From positions 1-26,365 of IMG/VR virus record IMGVR_UViG_3300043478_000013: a DNA stretch of 26,365 nt; one strand, written 5' to 3'. Source of the DNA: a virus. Lineage: Duplodnaviria > Caudoviricetes. Made by a program: the position numbers and the translations under genes. Every line of letters begins with the position of its first letter. Position 1 is the stretch's first letter. Under the pieces are notes generated by a model. It did not search any database. It was not told where the DNA came from and worked only from the letters and a program-made list of their open reading frames with translations. Of this stretch, positions 16,433 through 25,161 are shown piece after piece.

Positions 16433-17976
16433 GCCACGTCCGTGATGCCGTCCGGATTCACCGCCGTGAAGTCGCTGGCGAGCCCATCGTTGTTGGCGGT
16501 GGTGCCGGTGATGATGTCGGCCTTGTGGCCCCAAAACAGAATTTCCGCCACACCGAACTTGCTCTGTCCCACCGACGGTATGCGCATCGTGCCGTTCTTG
16601 TAGAAGTACTCGATGTTGCTTTTCGAGCCGGACGTTAGCTTGGTCTGCGCCTGCGCCCGTTTAGCGGCGTAAAAGTTTTGCAGGTTCGTCCACCACTGCG
16701 AGATCGTGCTCGCCAGGGTTATCCTGGTACCCCACTGGGCACTCATCCATGCCTGATTTAGCAGATTGTGCGGCGTGGGCGGCGCAAACGTGCTGATGAC
16801 TCTGTTGGGTGTGTCCCGCACTGCATTGAGGACGATGTTGAAACCGCCGGGGCCTTGGTTGTGCGAGAGGTAGTGATAGAGCCCGGTCGGGTCAGCCACT
16901 CCTCGGCTCACCACCGGGCCGTGCCAAGGCACGATTCCGCTTTGTGTCCTGGTGGTCGTGTAGAACCACAGATAGGCGTCCAATTGATCGGTTGTCTTAT
17001 ATAGGTCCGGCGTCCGCGTCAGCCCCAATCCAGTGAAAGCCGCCTGGATTTCGGCAGCGTTGAACTGGAACAGACCCTTGTACTGCGTGCTGTTGGTGCG
17101 GTTGGATAATGGGTTGTATGCGCTTTCGATATTGGCAAACGTGAGCATGATGAGCGGGTCGAGGCCGTAGCCGTTGGCGCCGTCGACGAGGTCGCGTATC
17201 CAGTCGTCTGAATTGGCGACCTGAGCGCCCGATGCGGCGCCCTCCGGGTCGATGTACTGCGCGCACCATACTTGAATGTTGGAGAGGTTGACCGCTCCAT
17301 CCCCGTTCGGGTTTGGTATTGAGATTGTCGGCCCACTGATGGCGTTGACGATGGCCGCCGACCACGGGGTGATGGTGGCCTCGAGGGGCGTCCCAACGCC
17401 GCTACCGGCGCGATAGCTGCCCGCGGTATAGTTCACCGGGTAAAACTCGTTGCTTGTTAGGTCGAGACAGTCAACCCCGTTGATCCATAGTTTAGCGATT
17501 GGCGCCTCAAACGACGGCGGTACGCTGGGAGAATAGCTGACATAGGTGGATAGGTCGATTGAGATAAACAAATGAAACTTGTCGCCCAGAGCAACCGTCT
17601 TCGAATCGAATCCGAATACGCCCTTTAGGTGCTCGGTGCCGTTTGCTTCGGTGGTAACCGTCGCGCCAGTGGCGGTGCTCTCGACATTCACGGTGATCGA
17701 GCCCGACCCGCCCCCGCTCATATTAAGGATGATGGTGGTGTTGCCTCCAGGGAAGCCGGGGCTGCCCTCGTCGCCAATGGTGATTAACGGATACTGGCCT
17801 GCCGCCGCGGCCGGCTGCACTCCCATCGAAAACGTGAGCTTGTTGGTGTCGGCTATCGTGGTGGCGGCCTGGCGAAGCGTCGAGCCCACCGCATACCGCA
17901 GCCACGCCGGCTCCAATATCTCCTCCGTGACCACCCCGCCCGGCCGTTTGTTGCTCGCGCGCAGCTTCTTCGCCAT
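16429..17976 (-). CDS. Fibre-like (LamG-type) protein containing a lytic transglycosylase domain
   Basis: 515 aa; GLDP...IES, GLFQF and YLSHNQGPGG are the SLT/lysozyme-like motifs; flanked by beta-rich sequence. Confidence 0.75.
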   Translation of the reverse strand: MAKKLRASNKRPGGVVTEEILEPAWLRYAVGSTLRQAATTIADTNKLTFSMGVQPAAAAGQYPLITIGDEGSPGFPGGNTTIILNMSGGGSGSITVNVESTATGATVTTEANGTEHLKGVFGFDSKTVALGDKFHLFISIDLSTYVSYSPSVPPSFEAPIAKLWINGVDCLDLTSNEFYPVNYTAGSYRAGSGVGTPLEATITPWSAAIVNAISGPTISIPNPNGDGAVNLSNIQVWCAQYIDPEGAASGAQVANSDDWIRDLVDGANGYGLDPLIMLTFANIESAYNPLSNRTNSTQYKGLFQFNAAEIQAAFTGLGLTRTPDLYKTTDQLDAYLWFYTTTRTQSGIVPWHGPVVSRGVADPTGLYHYLSHNQGPGGFNIVLNAVRDTPNRVISTFAPPTPHNLLNQAWMSAQWGTRITLASTISQWWTNLQNFYAAKRAQAQTKLTSGSKSNIEYFYKNGTMRIPSVGQSKFGVAEILFWGHKADIITGTTANNDGLASDFTAVNPDGITDVA

Positions 17977-17980
17977 CGCG

Positions 17981-19237
17981 TCAGTCCTCGATCCACGCCT
18001 GCACGGTCCCGGCGTGCGTCGTGATGATGGTGAGGTAGCTCCATTCCATCGTCGCGAACACGACGCCGCGGGCGGGCTCGAAGACCGGCGGGTCGGTGTA
18101 GTTGAGCGTTATGCCATCCGCGTCGTAGGACACGAACGTCGCTACGATGTTGGCGACGCCGTCCTGCCCCAGCAGCGTGATGGTGTCCTCGTTGGCGGTC
18201 GAGTGGTGCACGGTCGGATGGCCGGAACCGACCGAGTTGCCGTCCGAGGTCGAGCCGACCGCAAAGCCGCCCGACTTGCTCGAGGTGACGGCGTGGTTGC
18301 CGAAGCGCCAGTCGAACGCCTGCGACAGCTTTTGTTGCTGCGTCAGAAGAAGCAGGAACTGCTGCGGCGTCCCGCCGAAGCCGGTATAGGACTGGTGCCC
18401 GGCGTCCTCGGTGAGGCCGAATTTGCCGGTCGAGAGCACGCCAGCCCCTTCGTATTTGAGCGCGAGGTAGCCGTACTTGTGGGTCGGCTCGCTCGATGAC
18501 GAGTGGAGCGTGAAGCCGTTGGCGACCTGCGTGACGATGGCGCCGTACTGCGTGGCGCCGAAGCGATAGGCGCCCCAGGTCGGCCCGAAGGCTGGCCCCG
18601 ACGCGGTGGTGACGTTGTTTCGGGTGCCGATTCCGGCGTCGTGGACGTGCTGCACGGCGTTGCTCAAGCCGCCGCCGAAGGTGGTCGCCCCGATCGTGAC
18701 CTGGCCGAAGCTCGTGGCGACCGTGCCGGCGATGGCATCGGAGGCGCCGGCGAGGAGCACGCAATCGGGGGTGAAGCCGAGCGCCGTGGTCACACCGGCG
18801 AAGCTGATGGCCGAGGTGCCGCAGGCCACCGTCCAGTCGGAGCCGGAGAAGAACAGCGCCGTGACAAGCCAGCCGTCGGCGGCGGCGACGGTCCAGTTGA
18901 CGGTGACGCCGTTGGCGATGAACGCGACGAAGGCGGCGGCGGAGTGGATCGCCGAGGTGGCCTTGAGCGCCACGATGCACGCGGCCGAGGTGCCGATCTT
19001 AGTGGCGACGCCGACCGAGGTGGCGCCGTTCTGCGCCCACATCGCGAACGCGCACTGGTTGACGCCGTCGGTCATGCCGAACGAGGCGCCGGCGTCGGCA
19101 GTCACGGTGCCGTTGGCGGAGGCGCGTGAGTATAAGAACAAACACGCCTTCGGCGTTTCGCCGCCGAGGTCGGTGGTCGTGATGTCCTGGTTGCCGGTGC
19201 TCGTCTTGGCGGCGGCAACGGCAACGGCGACGGTCAT
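17981..19237 (-). CDS. Putative virion fibre/structural protein
   Basis: 418 aa; Ala/Gly/Thr-rich; three internal repeats (LGGETPKACLF, LGFTPDCVLL, FGGTPQQFLL; GVTVNWT, GFTLH, GITLNYT). Confidence 0.6.
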   Translation of the reverse strand: MTVAVAVAAAKTSTGNQDITTTDLGGETPKACLFLYSRASANGTVTADAGASFGMTDGVNQCAFAMWAQNGATSVGVATKIGTSAACIVALKATSAIHSAAAFVAFIANGVTVNWTVAAADGWLVTALFFSGSDWTVACGTSAISFAGVTTALGFTPDCVLLAGASDAIAGTVATSFGQVTIGATTFGGGLSNAVQHVHDAGIGTRNNVTTASGPAFGPTWGAYRFGATQYGAIVTQVANGFTLHSSSSEPTHKYGYLALKYEGAGVLSTGKFGLTEDAGHQSYTGFGGTPQQFLLLLTQQQKLSQAFDWRFGNHAVTSSKSGGFAVGSTSDGNSVGSGHPTVHHSTANEDTITLLGQDGVANIVATFVSYDADGITLNYTDPPVFEPARGVVFATMEWSYLTIITTHAGTVQAWIED

Positions 19238-19279
19238 GCTATAACCTCGCCGCGGCCGTGCGCCTAACCTACTAGGATT

Positions 19280-19444
19280 TTATGGATAGGTCAAACTGAT
19301 CAAAAGGCCGATGACCTCGCCGGAATTGCTGCCGCTGCTGCCGCCGCCGCCCTCGCTGGGGCTCTTGCTCACCAGATCGGACCCGGCGGCGTCGAACGGC
19401 GAGTATGTGAACTTGGAACGCACGGCGGCGAGGAATCGCTGCAT
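19280..19444 (-). CDS. Small protein, 54 aa, with Gly/Ser linker and C-terminal GEVIGLLISLTYP
   Basis: ATG 19444 after AAGGG; the C-terminus resembles GxPxGLLLxLT endings of phage fibre-associated proteins. Confidence 0.5.
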   Translation of the reverse strand: MQRFLAAVRSKFTYSPFDAAGSDLVSKSPSEGGGGSSGSNSGEVIGLLISLTYP

Positions 19445-19454
19445 GGATGCACCC

Positions 19455-19787
19455 TTACGCGAAGAACTGCATGGTGACGGTGGTAGCGACCGCCGCAATC
19501 AGCGAGATATACGCCTGATCGGACGGCAGTTGCCGCATGGCCGGGTTGAGCTCCGCGGCCGAGCCGTCGACGATATCGCCCGCCGGCACGAACGCGGCCA
19601 CACCCGCCGGATCGATGCGGGCGTAGAAGTCGCCGTTGGCGGAGAACAGCACGTACTTGGCCGTGGCCGGCGCCTGGAAGGTTTCGGCAGCGCCCGCGCC
19701 GAGGATGCGCGCATCGATCCAGTTGGATTGCCGCAGCGCTTCCGCGTTGCCGTCATAGATGCTGAGGCGGGAGACGACCTGTACCAT
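19455..19787 (-). CDS. Small beta-rich phage structural protein, 110 aa
   Basis: Start likely ATG 19787 (MVQVV; alternative GTG 19901); VLFSANGDFYA and DGSAAELNP motifs. Confidence 0.6.
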   Translation of the reverse strand: MVQVVSRLSIYDGNAEALRQSNWIDARILGAGAAETFQAPATAKYVLFSANGDFYARIDPAGVAAFVPAGDIVDGSAAELNPAMRQLPSDQAYISLIAAVATTVTMQFFA

Positions 19788-20016
19788 GGGGGCGCTCTTC
19801 GGTTGCTTGGAGGATCGGGTCTTTGGCGGGCGCGGCACCTTTTCCCACCCGGCCGGCAAGGCGCCGAAACCGTGCGGGTCAGCGACGCGGCGGCAATCCA
19901 CTTGGATTATCCTGCTTTCCTGCCGGCCGACCTGGTTATGGTGCCGCCGGCGAGAACCGCCGGCAGTTCCGACAGCTTCACGACAAGCGGATCGACCGTG
20001 CTCTGTTCATCTTTCG

Positions 20017-20310
20017 TTAGATCAGCTTCTGAACCGCGTTTTCGACCGCGCCCTGCAGTTCCGCGTCGGTGACCGCGATACCACTCGCTTGAACACTGGC
20101 ATCCCAGACTACGGTCGGAATGACCTGGGCCGTGGCGCCTTCAGGGTTAACTAGAGTGGTCATGGACCATTTGTACCGTGTTGGATGTGCCGGCACGTTT
20201 GGCGCCTCGTCCGCGATGTAACTCGCAAATTTTGCGCAGCTAACCGTCACCCGACCGCGGAACGCCTGATCCTTCATCAGCTCAAACGTCTCTTCATAGG
20301 TCAGTGCCAT
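20017..20310 (-). CDS. Putative tail-fibre-associated (chaperone-like) protein
   Basis: 97 aa directly after the fibre gene, with a GAGGG RBS. Confidence 0.55.
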   Translation of the reverse strand: MALTYEETFELMKDQAFRGRVTVSCAKFASYIADEAPNVPAHPTRYKWSMTTLVNPEGATAQVIPTVVWDASVQASGIAVTDAELQGAVENAVQKLI

Positions 20311-20313
20311 GTG

Positions 20314-21417
20314 TCACCCTCGTTGTTTCGCCTCAAGGTCACTGATGCGTTGCACGGCGCCGGCAAAGGCCGACGCCAGCAGCTCGACGGCGAGCCATAG
20401 GCGATTATACATCTCGCCGAGCGATTGCTCGCCATGTTTCCAATCTTTGGTCGTTGGCATGCCTGGCAACGCCTCATCGCGCAGCATGCGCTCGACATAT
20501 TGTTGTGGATTGCGAGGGTCGAAGTCCTTCAGCATCTCAACAAAACGGTGCGCCAGCTTGTGCTTGCCGGTGGGTGCGAATGCGTCCCATTGCTTCAGGT
20601 CGACCGTACTGCGCGCCGCGTACTGAGCCCCGAAGCAGGTCAACAACGTGCCGTCATCGTACACGGCTTGCGCATTAATGGCGCCTGCTCCCGCGACGTC
20701 GCCACCTATGGGAGCGCCCCACACAAACGCGCCATTCGCCGCAGCATATCCTCGTGGCGTACCGGCGATTACAAACTCAATCGGCCCACCGCCAGTGTCG
20801 GTCATGAGGTTGAGGGCATTGGCTCCGCCGTATGCAGCGTAATTCGACGAGCCTAAGAATATATATGCCAACGTAGCGGCGTTGTTCTTGAACTGAATAG
20901 CTGTAGCTGCGTTGCTGGCGGAGTTGATGTTTTCCAAATTGAACCCAAAGAAGAGCCCTGCGACGCTCGCCGTTGTCGATATCTGGCCATTGGCGGTGAT
21001 GCTGCCACTGGCGATATTCCCGCCTACTCCCAGCCCGCCCGCCACCGTCAGCGCGCCGGTCGAGGGGGAGGTCGAGGCGGTAAAGCTCCCAACCGAGACT
21101 TCGCCGGTCGGCGTCAAGCGCAGGTTGACCTGACTATTGACACCGAGGTCGGCCGGGCCGGCGCTGTTCTGCGTTACAAAAAACGCTTTTTCCGGCGTGT
21201 TGCCGAACAGCAGATTGTTGATGAGGACCCCGTAAGAACTGTCGTCGGGAACCCCCAGCACCAAATTGGCCGTGGCCAGCGCGGGGGCGGGGATATTGAT
21301 ACCGAGGGCGCCGGTCATGGTGTCGCCGGCCTTGGCGACCTTGGTATCGATCGCAGCCAAGCCGGCATTGAGCTCCGCGCGAACACTTGCGCCGCTTTCA
21401 CCGTTGTCGATTGTCAT
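20314..21417 (-). CDS. Tail fibre with a C-terminal intramolecular-chaperone-like domain
   Basis: VAKAGDTMTGAL and TGALTVAGGLGVGG fibre motifs; C-terminal LPGMP...SLGEM...coiled coil (RISDLEAK). Confidence 0.75.
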   Translation of the reverse strand: MTIDNGESGASVRAELNAGLAAIDTKVAKAGDTMTGALGINIPAPALATANLVLGVPDDSSYGVLINNLLFGNTPEKAFFVTQNSAGPADLGVNSQVNLRLTPTGEVSVGSFTASTSPSTGALTVAGGLGVGGNIASGSITANGQISTTASVAGLFFGFNLENINSASNAATAIQFKNNAATLAYIFLGSSNYAAYGGANALNLMTDTGGGPIEFVIAGTPRGYAAANGAFVWGAPIGGDVAGAGAINAQAVYDDGTLLTCFGAQYAARSTVDLKQWDAFAPTGKHKLAHRFVEMLKDFDPRNPQQYVERMLRDEALPGMPTTKDWKHGEQSLGEMYNRLWLAVELLASAFAGAVQRISDLEAKQRG

Positions 21418-21419
21418 GA

Positions 21420-24400
21420 TCAATCAATCCATACCGCCGTGTCGTCCCATGACCCGCTATCGTCCCAGCTGCCGTCCGTGAGTATCCAATGGAGAGTGAC
21501 CGTGATGCCGTAGTAGTCGGCCATGTTCTCGCGGATCGATGTGCGGTCATCGGATGAAACGGCGGCGTTCCATGCCACGCACTCAAGTTGAGTGACGCCG
21601 GCACCTGTCCCCGGATACTTGACCACCGCGGTAGGCGCCGCTTCCAGCGGTGCCTGTATCCCGCTTTGAAGGGTCGTTGTTAACGCAACGCCATCGACGG
21701 AGATGGTAGTGGCGCCGTCCGCTGCGACCACGCATTCAAAAACGTGCGCGCCCACATCGACGGTTTCAGTGGTGGCCCAAACCATTCCGCCGCCCGTGTC
21801 GAAATACAAATCCCCGGCCACATTCCAAAAGGAGCCAAAATTTATTTGAGATGAGGTCGCGTGAAGTAGCGCGTATCCGTTGGACGGGTCTGTCACTTTT
21901 GCAACAGCAATGATAGTCAACGCCCCGCCAGCAAAGTCAACATTTCCCGAAAGCTCACGACCATCAAAAGCAACAATGCCGGGTTGGGAGTTTTGAACGC
22001 TCGCCGCCCATGCTGGTTGGGCATCCGGATCGGCCTGCGTCGTGTCTATGTCATTGCCAGATTGGTCATTATCGGTAACAACAAGTCCGGCCGCCCCGTC
22101 CAGAAATGCAAGGATACTCGCCGCAGGCGCCGCGCCGGTCGTTGCGTCTGAGCTAAACTCCTGCGTGGTGTCCCCAGCATCCTCGCGGATTGTGTAAAGC
22201 GCCGAACCGCGCATGGCCGCGCTTAGTGCCCGCTGCCCGTAAGCGAGGATTGCTCCAGAGACAATGTCGAGCGGTCCCTCGTAGGCGCCGCCGCCCGTCA
22301 CCGTGACCGTAATCGTCTGCGTATCGCTGCCCCCACCGCGCCCGGTGGCTGCGACCTCCACCTCATATTCGCCCGCCTCCGCAGGGTCGATGAACCACAG
22401 GTCTCCGGTTTGGTCGAGGATTTCAAACAGCGCCGCGTCGGCACCGCCGGTGATGCTGTAGTTGATCGGCCCGCCACCATGGGCTTGCTCCGCAACAACA
22501 GTGGTGACCTCGATCTCCCCGCCCGCGACCGACACCGCCGCGGTCGCGCCGCCGCCGTCCGAGGTGATGGCGGGCGCCAGACACCTGATGCCAGGGAAGA
22601 AGACCGCGCCCATCAGGTGATCCCGAGCATCGAGGCCCTGATCCGTGATGACCTCAACAGTGATAGATGTGCTGCCGATGTCGCCAGGGACGGAGCTGAA
22701 CCTTGGATACATTTGGTCGTTGAGCAGCCACGTTCCAGCGCCAGGGTCGGTAATGCTATCTCCGGCTTGGGTGCCGTCATGCGTTGTCGGATAGAGGTTG
22801 CGAACCCCGGCCTGCTTCGGATCGATGGTTGGGGTCCAGATAACGGCACTTCCAGCTGAATTGATAACGAAGGGGCCGTCGAAGCCGAATGTCGGAGATG
22901 AACTCCCGGTATAGGGTGTCACCACCTCAATTCGGATGCTGACCAGATATCCCCAAACCGGGACGACCACAGCGGGCGAGCTGCCATTGTAGGTTCGCCG
23001 CGAATACGACCAGAGCGGCTTATTCTGTGCCCCAGCTTGGGATAGATCGACCGCGTCGGCACATCCCGTGTTCCCGGTTCCCGACAAAATTGGACAAGGA
23101 TGCACAACAAGCTTGAACGACGACGTGCCTGCAAAGAAAGGAAGAGTTGGCCACCCTCCCGGTAACGTCGTATGAACTCGCGTGAACCCGCTATCCTGCG
23201 TCACGCCAGTAACCTGAAATGGCGATCCCTCGAAAGTATATTGCCCTCTAAAGACTAGATTAGTGCCGGGGACAGCCCAGGCTAGCGGAACCCCATCGTC
23301 TTCGTAAGAAATCACTCCACCCGATATGGTGTATTTGCTATCCACACCAAGCGGACCCCCAGGCTCCACGACTGGATTGATCGCTATCTCCCCAATAATG
23401 CAGTCTGTTACGCTGATTTGATCGGTGCGCCCGTAGCCAGACACACCAATGGACAAGGAATCTGTTGTCCCACCGTCAATGGTTAACCGCCTAGGAGTAC
23501 CGTTGTACGCATCGACATGAGCATCCGTAACAAACATATTTGCAGGGCCCGTCATGGAAATGAATTGAAAGATGCGATAGTCACCTCTTGTAATGTTCAA
23601 AGTGGTGACGAGTTTATCGACTTCCTGGTTCGCGCTCGACTGATCAAAGTCAATCCAATTGATCTCATCGCACTGTGAAGGAATAAGGCCATTGCCACCT
23701 AGTGCGCCACCACCATTCCATGTGTATTTGCGGGCCTTACAATAGGTTTGAACATTGACCTGATCAATGGTCAGGCCATTAATTGTCAGATCCAAATCCC
23801 AAACGTAAGGCATTGCATATATTGTAGCAACGGGTTGACCTGTACTATAAGACGGCCACGTTGAAAGGTATTGGTTAGCAAGACCAGTTGAGAATGAAAT
23901 ATCCCCGGTCGAGGTATTTATCGCTGTTATCTTTCGATAATCGTGAAAGGCGGGATTCGGGGGAGATGAGCCCCCACCTTGCAAGTCAAACCCAGCAACA
24001 CAAATCCACTGATTAACGACAAAGCGTGTGTGTTCGCTTGGGGTCTTAAGCCGAACTGAAGTTGCCCCTATGCTGGCGGATTCAATGAGTGCCTGCTTAG
24101 TCGGGTCATCCTCGACAACGCCAATTCCCGCAACATTAAATCCAGCCGCAATGCCGCCATCCGTAGCCGTGAAGGTAACCCCAGTTGCATTGACGACAAC
24201 TGTCAAGCCACCCAGAAGTCCGTCAACCAAACGAAATCCACCTGGGCCGTCCATCACGTATGTATTAGCGCCACCCGCCCCGGCATTCGGAACCGTCAGC
24301 GTAACATCGTCGCCCGCATTCAGACCTTGCAAAAAATTATAAAAGTCGGCCCACTCACCCGAGCAATCTGTAACTCCGTCTAAGGGCGGGGAATAGTCAG

Positions 24401-24428
24401 TGACGAAATTCTTGGTATAGCTGGTCAT
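21420..24428 (-). CDS. Large tailspike/adhesin, 1002 aa: beta-helix-like + cadherin-like + LamG-like + Trp-rich tail
   Basis: Start set at ATG 24428 (GAGG upstream). DYSPPLDGVTDCS resembles the DGVTDD start of tailspike beta-helices; APAITSDGGGATA...YSITGGADAALFEI...DTQTITVTVT is cadherin-like. Confidence 0.75.
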   Translation of the reverse strand: MTSYTKNFVTDYSPPLDGVTDCSGEWADFYNFLQGLNAGDDVTLTVPNAGAGGANTYVMDGPGGFRLVDGLLGGLTVVVNATGVTFTATDGGIAAGFNVAGIGVVEDDPTKQALIESASIGATSVRLKTPSEHTRFVVNQWICVAGFDLQGGGSSPPNPAFHDYRKITAINTSTGDISFSTGLANQYLSTWPSYSTGQPVATIYAMPYVWDLDLTINGLTIDQVNVQTYCKARKYTWNGGGALGGNGLIPSQCDEINWIDFDQSSANQEVDKLVTTLNITRGDYRIFQFISMTGPANMFVTDAHVDAYNGTPRRLTIDGGTTDSLSIGVSGYGRTDQISVTDCIIGEIAINPVVEPGGPLGVDSKYTISGGVISYEDDGVPLAWAVPGTNLVFRGQYTFEGSPFQVTGVTQDSGFTRVHTTLPGGWPTLPFFAGTSSFKLVVHPCPILSGTGNTGCADAVDLSQAGAQNKPLWSYSRRTYNGSSPAVVVPVWGYLVSIRIEVVTPYTGSSSPTFGFDGPFVINSAGSAVIWTPTIDPKQAGVRNLYPTTHDGTQAGDSITDPGAGTWLLNDQMYPRFSSVPGDIGSTSITVEVITDQGLDARDHLMGAVFFPGIRCLAPAITSDGGGATAAVSVAGGEIEVTTVVAEQAHGGGPINYSITGGADAALFEILDQTGDLWFIDPAEAGEYEVEVAATGRGGGSDTQTITVTVTGGGAYEGPLDIVSGAILAYGQRALSAAMRGSALYTIREDAGDTTQEFSSDATTGAAPAASILAFLDGAAGLVVTDNDQSGNDIDTTQADPDAQPAWAASVQNSQPGIVAFDGRELSGNVDFAGGALTIIAVAKVTDPSNGYALLHATSSQINFGSFWNVAGDLYFDTGGGMVWATTETVDVGAHVFECVVAADGATTISVDGVALTTTLQSGIQAPLEAAPTAVVKYPGTGAGVTQLECVAWNAAVSSDDRTSIRENMADYYGITVTLHWILTDGSWDDSGSWDDTAVWID

Positions 24429-24798
24429 TGACCGCCTCGCCCTCGATGGTGGCCGGCTCGGCGGTGGCCGCGCTTTCGAGGATCGAGAGGATCCAGCGCG
24501 CGAGGTCGATGTCGGAGACCTGGCTGGTGTCGAGCGCGGCCGCGGCGCCAGGCTCGAGCTTGGCGGCCTCGAGGATATGCTTGCACGCCGTATTGCGGGC
24601 CGAGACCGGGGTCTTGGGGTTCTTGATGGCGGCGACCAGGGCGTCGATCGCGAGCGCGATGTGGGGCCGGGCGAGCTCGGCGGCGGTGGCCTTGGTCTCG
24701 GGGGTCGTGGCCTTCGGCAGTGGGGGCGAGGTCTTCGGGCCGCTACCTTCGCGGGTTCCACCATGCTTGCCGCGGCCCCGCAGCGAAGCCTTCCTCAT
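24397..24798 (-). CDS. Putative terminase small subunit, 133 aa
   Basis: GGTREGSGPK N-terminal motif, then ELAR.H..AI..L and SAR..A...IL helices typical of TerS-like proteins; first gene of the structural run. Confidence 0.6.
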   Translation of the reverse strand: MRKASLRGRGKHGGTREGSGPKTSPPLPKATTPETKATAAELARPHIALAIDALVAAIKNPKTPVSARNTACKHILEAAKLEPGAAAALDTSQVSDIDLARWILSILESAATAEPATIEGEAVNDQLYQEFRH

Positions 24799-24842
24799 CG
24801 TTACAATCCGTGATACGGGCCCCCCGCCAGGGGCCACCGGCC

Positions 24843-25049
24843 ATGATGACAGCCGCGGAGTTCTGCGAAGCCCTCGCCCAACTCGGCCTCTCCAAGGGCG
24901 ACGCGGGCGAGTTGTTCGGCACGGATCCGAGAACCCCCTACCGTTGGGCAAGGGGTGACCGCCCCATCCCGCCGACGGTGGCCATGCTGCTCCGTCTCAT
25001 GCTCCGCGGCAAAGTCACGGCCCACGAGATTACAGCGGCGCAAAGTTGA
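24843..25049 (+). CDS. Small XRE/Cro-like HTH protein, 68 aa
   Basis: MTAAEF..AL..LGLS...AGELFG...RT.YRW..G.RPIP pattern. Confidence 0.8.
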   Translation: MMTAAEFCEALAQLGLSKGDAGELFGTDPRTPYRWARGDRPIPPTVAMLLRLMLRGKVTAHEITAAQS

Positions 25050-25161
25050 CCGACGGTCGGGTGCTTGAACTTACTGGCGGCAGACACACAGGGGGATGCT
25101 GGACGCCGGGGAACGACAACCGAGCCAACGGACGGGGGCGGCTGGTGGATTAGGGGTTCGG

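Noticed and set aside
19845-19930. GGCCGGC...GCCGGCC as P1 of an HDV-like/theta ribozyme
   Set aside because: No UYCxCG-type L3/P3 element before the 3' strand and no adjacent tRNA.
19905-19940. Minus-strand ACCAGGTCGGCCGGCAGGAAAGCAG resembles SRP (4.5S) RNA helix 8
   Set aside because: Lacks the CAGG half of the conserved symmetric loop and the closing GCC pairing; the same bases pair better in an 11-bp alternative helix.
13685-24428. Diversity-generating retroelement, given the BPP-1-like head genes
   Set aside because: No reverse transcriptase and no adenine-mismatched template/variable repeat pair seen in this window.
24429-24764. N-terminal 112 aa of track ORF 21420..24764, or a terS-spike fusion
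   Set aside because: Low-complexity Pro/Arg/Ser off-frame read of the terS-like gene; a good RBS and ATG exist at 24428 and I saw no slippery site.
25050-25060. Palindrome CCGAC-G-GTCGG after the HTH stop
   Set aside because: Too short and GC-rich to be significant; no loop or U-tract for a terminator.
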